Origin: Octopus sinensis
Lineage: Eukaryota
NCBI RefSeq assembly: GCF_006345805.1
Contig: NC_043001.1
Location: 38,378,001-38,442,000 of the forward strand
DNA length: 64,000 nucleotides
Direction: 5' to 3'
The notes under the pieces are model-generated. The model worked only from the letters and a program-made list of their open reading frames with translations. It made no database searches and was not told the DNA's origin. This document shows, piece by piece, positions 57,850-64,000 of the stretch. A program made the position numbers and the translations under genes. The stretch's first letter is position 1. The number at the start of each line of letters is the position of its first letter.

Positions 57850-58120
57850 ATCTTTTATCTTTTACTTGTTTCAGTCATTAGATTGCGGCCATGCTGGGGC
57901 CTCGCCTTGAAAATTTTAGTCGAACGGATCGACGCCTGAACTTATTTTGTTTTGTAAAGACTGGTCCTTATTCTATCAGTCTCCTTTGCCGAATGCTAAA
58001 TTACAGAACATAAACACACCAAAACCGGCTGTCAAGCGGTGGTGGGGGACAAACGCCCACACACACACACACACACACAAACACGGGCTTCTTTCAGTTT
58101 CTGTCAATCAAATCCTTTAT
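57850..58120 (-). mobile_element. SINE family A, 3' half
   Basis: TTTTACTTGTTTCAGTCA..GCGGCCATGCTGGGGC..GGGCTTCTTTCAGTTTC is the reverse complement of the family body. Confidence 0.8.
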
Positions 58121-59454
58121 ATTTCATTTTGGTGGTAATAGTTTTAGTAACCCTCAAAATCTATATGAGGTTATAAAATCAGCATCGATGATCTCGTCTT
58201 CAATCAACGTACAACAACCATTTCATGGGTGCTACTTCGATTACGTGACAAGTCTTATACGACATATCTACTTCCAAATGTAGACATGCCTTCTTTCTAT
58301 GTATACTTTGAAGTGCGAGTGTAGCAGAGAACCCGTTGCACATTGATTGGGTAATATTAAATGATAAAAAAGAAATAGTCTTTCCCACCAAATGTAACCG
58401 CATTTAGTTTACAGTTAGCGCCGATCCCCTCAATAACTATAAATAGTTCGCGCCAACTTATGGCATTAGCTAAGAGATACTGATACATAGTACATAGAAT
58501 GCTGTTAGAAAACCCCTTCTTGCTTACAATACTTCAACAATAGTTAGTACAACTCCTCTCAACTGTTACCAAATTAGACTCTTTGGAATAAAGCAAGCGA
58601 ATCTATACGAAAATAAGGACGAAAAAACCCCACAGAATTGATACACAATTACATACAAATAGGACATTAACAATAGGTGTTTTTCGACTATAGACGAATT
58701 AAATTAAGCTGGCTTGTGTGGAAGTGAAACCTTACTGCAGGAACATAGAAGATGAAAGTCTTGGAAAGGAATATAAGAGATGCTACACGTATAGTAGTCG
58801 AACCAAGAAAGAAAGGTCAGGCTTGGCGGAACACAGGTCACGTGGAAGGAGAGGAGAAAGGTAGGGGCAGAGGGATTGAAGAATTAGGGAGGGACGGGAA
58901 AGAGAAAAAAGAAAAGTGAGGAGGGAAAGTGAGAATGAAGGGAAGGCCAAGAAATGTGAGAGAGGGGGAGCATGAAATAGAAAGGTGGAAAGAACGAAGG
59001 AAGTGTGAAGGGGCTAAAAGAAAGAGTAAAAGAGTTGTACAGAATTTACTTACATACAGGAGACCAAAAAGTGTACGTATGCCGCTATAAAATGAAAAAA
59101 AAAATGGAACAAGAACGTAACGACACACTTGCTCAACATACCATAGAGAGAGATGTGGTGAATTTGGGATTTTATTTAATTTTCTTTGCGGGAAGGACTG
59201 TTTCAATGACGTCGCGTTTTGTCCTTACTTTCGTAACGCGAAGTTGATGAAACAGGAACAACTGAAGAAGGGGAATATCCCTTGTGTTGTATGTCTTGTA
59301 CTCTTTTTTTTTCGTTGCTTGAAAAAAAACTTCGTTTCTATGTTTTTGTTTTTATGATTACGTTTCTCATTGTGTTCAACCGTTTTTTTATGTCCTGTAC
59401 TCATATATGCATGTATATTATACATGTATATGTAGGTATGTACGTATATGTATG

Positions 59455-59494
<40 letters not shown>

Positions 59495-59614
59495 TATATA
59501 TATATATATTATATATATATTAATATACATATATATATATATATATGTATGTATATTATATATATACACAAATACAAACGCACAACATATGTATTTATAC
59601 ACGCACAAATACGC

Positions 59615-59885
59615 ACATAGCCTTAGTGGTTAGAGCGTCGGGCTCACAATTATGAGTTAGTGAATTCAATTTCCGGAGGTGGATGGGTGTTGTGTTCTTG
59701 AGCAAGACACTTTATTTTATTATACAATACATTGCTTCGGTTCACTCAGCTGTAGAAATGAATTATGACGTCACTAGTCCCAAGCTATATCGGCCTTTGT
59801 CTTTCCTTTGGATAACATCGGTGTGGAGAGGGAAAGCTGGTATGCATGTGTAACTGCTGGTCTTCCATAAGCAATCTGCCCTGTA
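59615..59885 (+). mobile_element. tRNA-derived SINE family C
   Basis: TAGTGGTTAGAGCGTCGGGCTC head and GTGTTGTGTTCTTGAGCAAGACAC core, shared with 61135. Confidence 0.65.
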
Positions 59886-59944
59886 CTTGTGCCTCGTACT
59901 TATCATTATTATTATTATTATTAATATTATTATTATTATTATTA

Positions 59945-60012
<68 letters not shown>

Positions 60013-60014
60013 GC

Positions 60015-60057
<43 letters not shown>

Positions 60058-60060
60058 GAA

Positions 60061-60339
60061 GCCTAGTACCTGTTTTATCGGTATATTTTGTCGAACCGCT
60101 AGTTTACAGGGACATAAGTAAGCCAACACTAGTTGCCAAGCGGTGACGAGGGACAAGCACAAACACACAGACAGACAGACACGCATGTACAACAGGTTTC
60201 TTTCAGTTTCTATCTACCAAATCTACTCACAAGGTTTTAACTAGTTATAGTAGAAAGTATATTCCAAGGTGCCACGAAATGGGACTGAATCTGGAACTAT
60301 ATGGTTGGAAAGTAAACTTCTTACCATACAACCATGCCT
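60061..60339 (-). mobile_element. SINE family A, diverged
   Basis: TTTCTTTCAGTTTCTATCTACCAAATCTACTCACAAGG..CCAAGGTGCCACG..GGGACTGAA. Confidence 0.75.
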
Positions 60340-60512
60340 ATGTCTACATTTAATCTATAACCGTCAGTCTAACGGAATATATTTTGCTAGACTAACAATT
60401 ATGAATTAAATATTTATTTGCTTTTAAAACGTTTTTATTCTAAATGGCTCCTTTAAACCTGTCTACCTCTGCCTGTAATATATAATTAAATATATATTTG
60501 TCTACATATCAT

Positions 60513-60865
60513 CGTGGCACTCCGTCGGTTACGACGACGAGGGTTCCAGTTGATCCGGTCAACGGAACAGCTTGCTCGTGAAACTAATGTGCAAGTGGCT
60601 GAGCACTCCACAGACACATGTACCCTTAACGTAGTTTTCGGGGAGAGTCAGCGTGACACAGAGTGTGACAAGGCTGGCCCTTTGAAATACAGGTACAACA
60701 GAAACAGGGAGAAAGAGTGAGAGAAAGTTGTGGTGAAAGAGTACAGCAGGGTTCGCCCCACCCCCTGCCGGAGCCTCGTGGTGGTCTAGGTACTTTCGCT
60801 CAATAAACACTCACAACGCCCGGTCTGGAAATCGGAACCGCGAGTCCGCTGCCCTAACCACTGCG
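60513..60865 (-). mobile_element. tRNA-derived SINE family D
   Basis: Minus strand begins GCGCAGTGGTTAGGGCAGCGGACTCGCGG (A-box-like) followed by a B-box-like region. Confidence 0.65.
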
Positions 60866-60935
60866 CATTGCACTTCCACTGTCTACATACATCCTGTTGT
60901 CAGTCTCTCTCTCTCTCTTCCTCTTTTTGTTTCTT

Positions 60936-61040
<105 letters not shown>

Positions 61041-61058
61041 GTTATATATATAATATAT

Positions 61059-61092
<34 letters not shown>

Positions 61093-61134
61093 ATATATAT
61101 ATAATTATATATATAATATATATATATATATTAT

Positions 61135-61440
61135 GTGAGGGGGTGCATGGCCTAATGGTTAGGGGTTGAATTCGCGATTGCTATATCATGGTTTCAATTC
61201 CAGGCCCAGATGGTGCGTTGTGTTCTTGAGCAGAAAACTTCATCTCACGTTGCTCTGCAATCACTTCGACACCTGACGTACGGTACGCCGTGCACAAATA
61301 GTTCAGGCAACATCAATTTGATGGAGAGAGTGAGCTGATGTACAACACAGACATTTGGTTACTAAAAACAAATCATTTGTGTAAGGTCATTCAGCAAAAA
61401 CTGAACACTTATATGTCGTCGTCGATGGGAGATTCCGTCA
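61135..61440 (+). mobile_element. tRNA-derived SINE related to family C
   Basis: GCATGGCCTAATGGTTAGGG..GTTTCAATTCC..GCGTTGTGTTCTTGAGCA. Confidence 0.6.
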
Positions 61441-61622
61441 TACGTTATTTATTTAATTATGAAATGACAGTTCTATGGCTTTCCGCTGTCCTGTGGTTTG
61501 TCTCTTTTTCTCTCACTTAATTGATAAAAACCATCTTGGTGTTGATGACCTTCAATATCAGCTCAAAGCTACAGCATGTCTGTAATTCTTTTATGTTCCC
61601 AACGCCAATATTAGCTATAAAT

Positions 61623-61830
61623 TAAGGCAGCGATCTGGTAGTATAGTTAGCACAACGGGCAAAATAATTAGCGGCATTTCGTCCGTCTTTACGCTCTGAG
61701 TTCAAATTCCGTCGAGATCGGACTTAACCGTTCATCCTTTCGAAATCGATAAAATAAGTACCAGTTGAAAACTGGGGTTGATGTAATCGACTTACCCACT
61801 TCCCAGAAATAGCTGGTCTTGTACCAAAAC
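61623..61830 (+). mobile_element. SINE family B
   Basis: TAAGGCAGCGATCTGG..CTGAGTTCAAATTCCG..TCATCCTTTCG..ATAAAATAAGTACCAGT. Confidence 0.75.
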
Positions 61831-62421
61831 CTGAAACCAATATTAGCTATTAACTAATTTAGATAAGTGAATCTAAACATAGTTTTTCGATATCTTTGTT
61901 TCTCGCATGCCCCTTCGAGTCATACCTAATTTTCTTATAAATTTGAATGTTTACTTTTAAAGAACCACTGATCCAATGACATTGGATTCGTCAAGTTCGA
62001 TGTATGAAATCTCACCTGTTTGACATCTTACCGGTTTAAAATTTTACTTGAAGATGGTGAATTATATGTTATGGTGTAGTCTGTAAAATTCTACCGAAAT
62101 AGCTGTCGTAAATTTTAAACGATATTTGTGTTCTCCTTTTATTTATTTATTTATTTATTTATTATTTATTTATTTATTTATTTATTTATTCATCTATGTA
62201 TATAATACTTTTAAAAGAAGAGCCGTGACAGCGAATCCTAAGTTTCGACCTACTAATTTTCACCGGACTGGTTAACAACCCGAAACTTCGAAGTCACTGT
62301 CACCATTCTTCTTGTAAAAGCATAAAAAAATATGTACCCCACAAAAGGTATTGAGTAATCATTCAGTTTAAATGTAAAACTTTTATTATAATTCGACCTA
62401 AAAAAACGAACACACTCACTC

Positions 62422-62470
62422 ATTATTATTATTATCATTATTATTATCATCATCATCATTATTATTATTA

Positions 62471-62509
<39 letters not shown>

Positions 62510-62550
62510 CATTATTATTATTATTATTATTATCATCATCATCATCATCA

Positions 62551-62626
<76 letters not shown>

Positions 62627-62649
62627 TATTATTATCATCATCATTATCA

Positions 62650-62711
<62 letters not shown>
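62422..62711. repeat. (ATT)n/(ATC)n microsatellite
   Basis: Directly visible. Representative of many trinucleotide tracts (e.g. 26375-26515, 27965-28123, 32392-32600, 32770-32972, 59903-60058). Confidence 0.95.
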
Positions 62712-62713
<2 letters not shown>

Positions 62714-62920
62714 GACGGCGAGTTGAGAGAATCGTTAGCACGCCGGGCGAAATGCTTATCGATATTTCGTCTGCAGCTACGTTCTGAGTCCAAATTCCGC
62801 TTTTCATCATTTCGGGATCGATAACTTAAGTACCAGTCAAGTACTGAGGTCGATGGGATCGACTATCCCCCTCCTCACAAAAGCCCAAGCCTTGTGCTTA
62901 TAGTAGGAAAGATTATTATT
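62711..62920 (+). mobile_element. SINE family B with ATT tail
   Basis: TAAGACGGCGAG..GTTAGCACGCCGGGCGAAATGC..AAGTACCAGT..CTTGTGC. Confidence 0.8.
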
Positions 62921-62924
62921 ATTG

Positions 62925-64000
62925 CCTCCGCCTTCGATAAGGTGGAGGTATTGTTTTTAGTTTTGTTTGTTTGTTTGTCTGTGGACAAGCTATCTCAAGA
63001 ACTGCTGGATGGATTCGGATGAAACTTTCAGGGATGTTTGGCCTCGTGACTGGCACGAACTGATTAGATTTTGAGATCGATTCGGTACCGGACAAGGATT
63101 ATGGATTATTTGTTATATTTACTTTACATGAGGTATTACGATCTTACGTTGACTTTCAAGTCTTTCTCTGATTATCTCCCTTATATCATATATCATACAT
63201 ACACATTAACACTTTACCGTATACTTACTTATATATATAATTCTATGCACCGATCTAAAACAACAGGAATACTAAAGGAAGGCCTACTCTCTACAGGCCA
63301 CCGTCTTTGACTACAGCAAAATTCATTTCCAAGTTACATATCCTCATGCAATCCATACCAAGAGATGTCCTAACTGTTAACATTGGGGATTTTAACATTG
63401 ATTTCATTAACTCCCCTCATCACCAAATCTTGATCATCATAGAGGAACATGGCTTTACCCAGCATGTGCGGATACCCACTACAGACTATGCTACTTTGTT
63501 GGACCACGTGTATGTCAACAGAACAGAGTGTGTATTAGCAGATGTTATAGATACATATTTTCCGACCACGATACAGTATGCATTTCATTATAATTATAAT
63601 TTTTATGTTCAGTTATGTTTCCCTCCCGAAGTTCTTGTTGCATTTCAACCAGTGTTTCCAAAACTTTTACGTAGTAACTCCCCAAGGCTTATCGACATGT
63701 GTGCACTCAAGCCATGCAGATATTTTCATTACCCAGACGACACACACACAGCATTACAAACACAGCACGCACACCTACCTTCACATTCCATGACTACCAT
63801 TAGGATCAATCAGGTACAGGACAAGGATCTGGATTATTTTTCCGTTTTTTTTTTTACTTAATTTTTGAGAGCAGTCGGGTTCATTTTTAGTATTCTCGTT
63901 TGTGAGAGCAATCGAGTTTATTTCAGACATTTTCATTTAAAAATCATCTCCGGCTAATCGTTGAGAGGATGTTGGTGTTCCTTGGCGAAGGTTTGCGCTC
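62925..64000 (+). mobile_element. Helentron/DINE-1-like non-autonomous element (runs off the window)
   Basis: Subterminal hairpin CCTCCGCC-N8-GGTGGAGG (62925-62948), GTTT/GTCT microsatellite, and internal ~36-bp direct repeats (63075-63111, 63804-63839). Confidence 0.55.
63289..63593 (+). pseudogene. Apurinic-type (APE) endonuclease C-terminal fragment, Helentron-like
   Basis: LYRPP, IGDFNID, FTQHVRIPTT, LLDHVY, DVIDTY(fs)SDHDTVCISL*. Confidence 0.75.

Noticed and set aside
59260-59290. CTGAAGA-AGGGG-AATAT-CCCT hairpin
   Set aside because: There is no GAAA, stem III or cleavage triplet downstream.

Overview
AT-rich eukaryotic (metazoan) DNA with no confidently identifiable host gene. The SINE families and extreme microsatellite load look like a coleoid cephalopod, most likely Octopus; this is inference from repeat recognition. 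Most ORFs in the track are microsatellite artefacts or decayed transposon pieces. The window is a transposon graveyard containing non-autonomous Helitrons, a Helentron-like element with an APE fragment, three Tc1/mariner remnants (one full-length with TIRs), a Mag-type Ty3/gypsy gag-pro remnant, Tx1/L1-, R4/Dong-, RTE- and CR1/L2-type LINE fragments, and several tRNA-derived SINE families. Four observations stand out. (1) About ten type I hammerhead-ribozyme motifs occur in several unrelated ORF-less repeats. They include a ~340-bp head-to-tail retrozyme-like dimer interrupted by a Tx1 LINE, and two families sharing a non-canonical CUGUNGA-A core. (2) A Tx1-like LINE is present in four copies, all abutting (TATC)n. 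(3) A gypsy element carries a four-unit array of LTR-end/tRNA-Ser primer-binding sites. (4) There are several near-perfect fold-back duplications, one of 392 bp. All alignments and folds were done by eye, so boundaries of decayed elements are approximate (about +/-30 nt).
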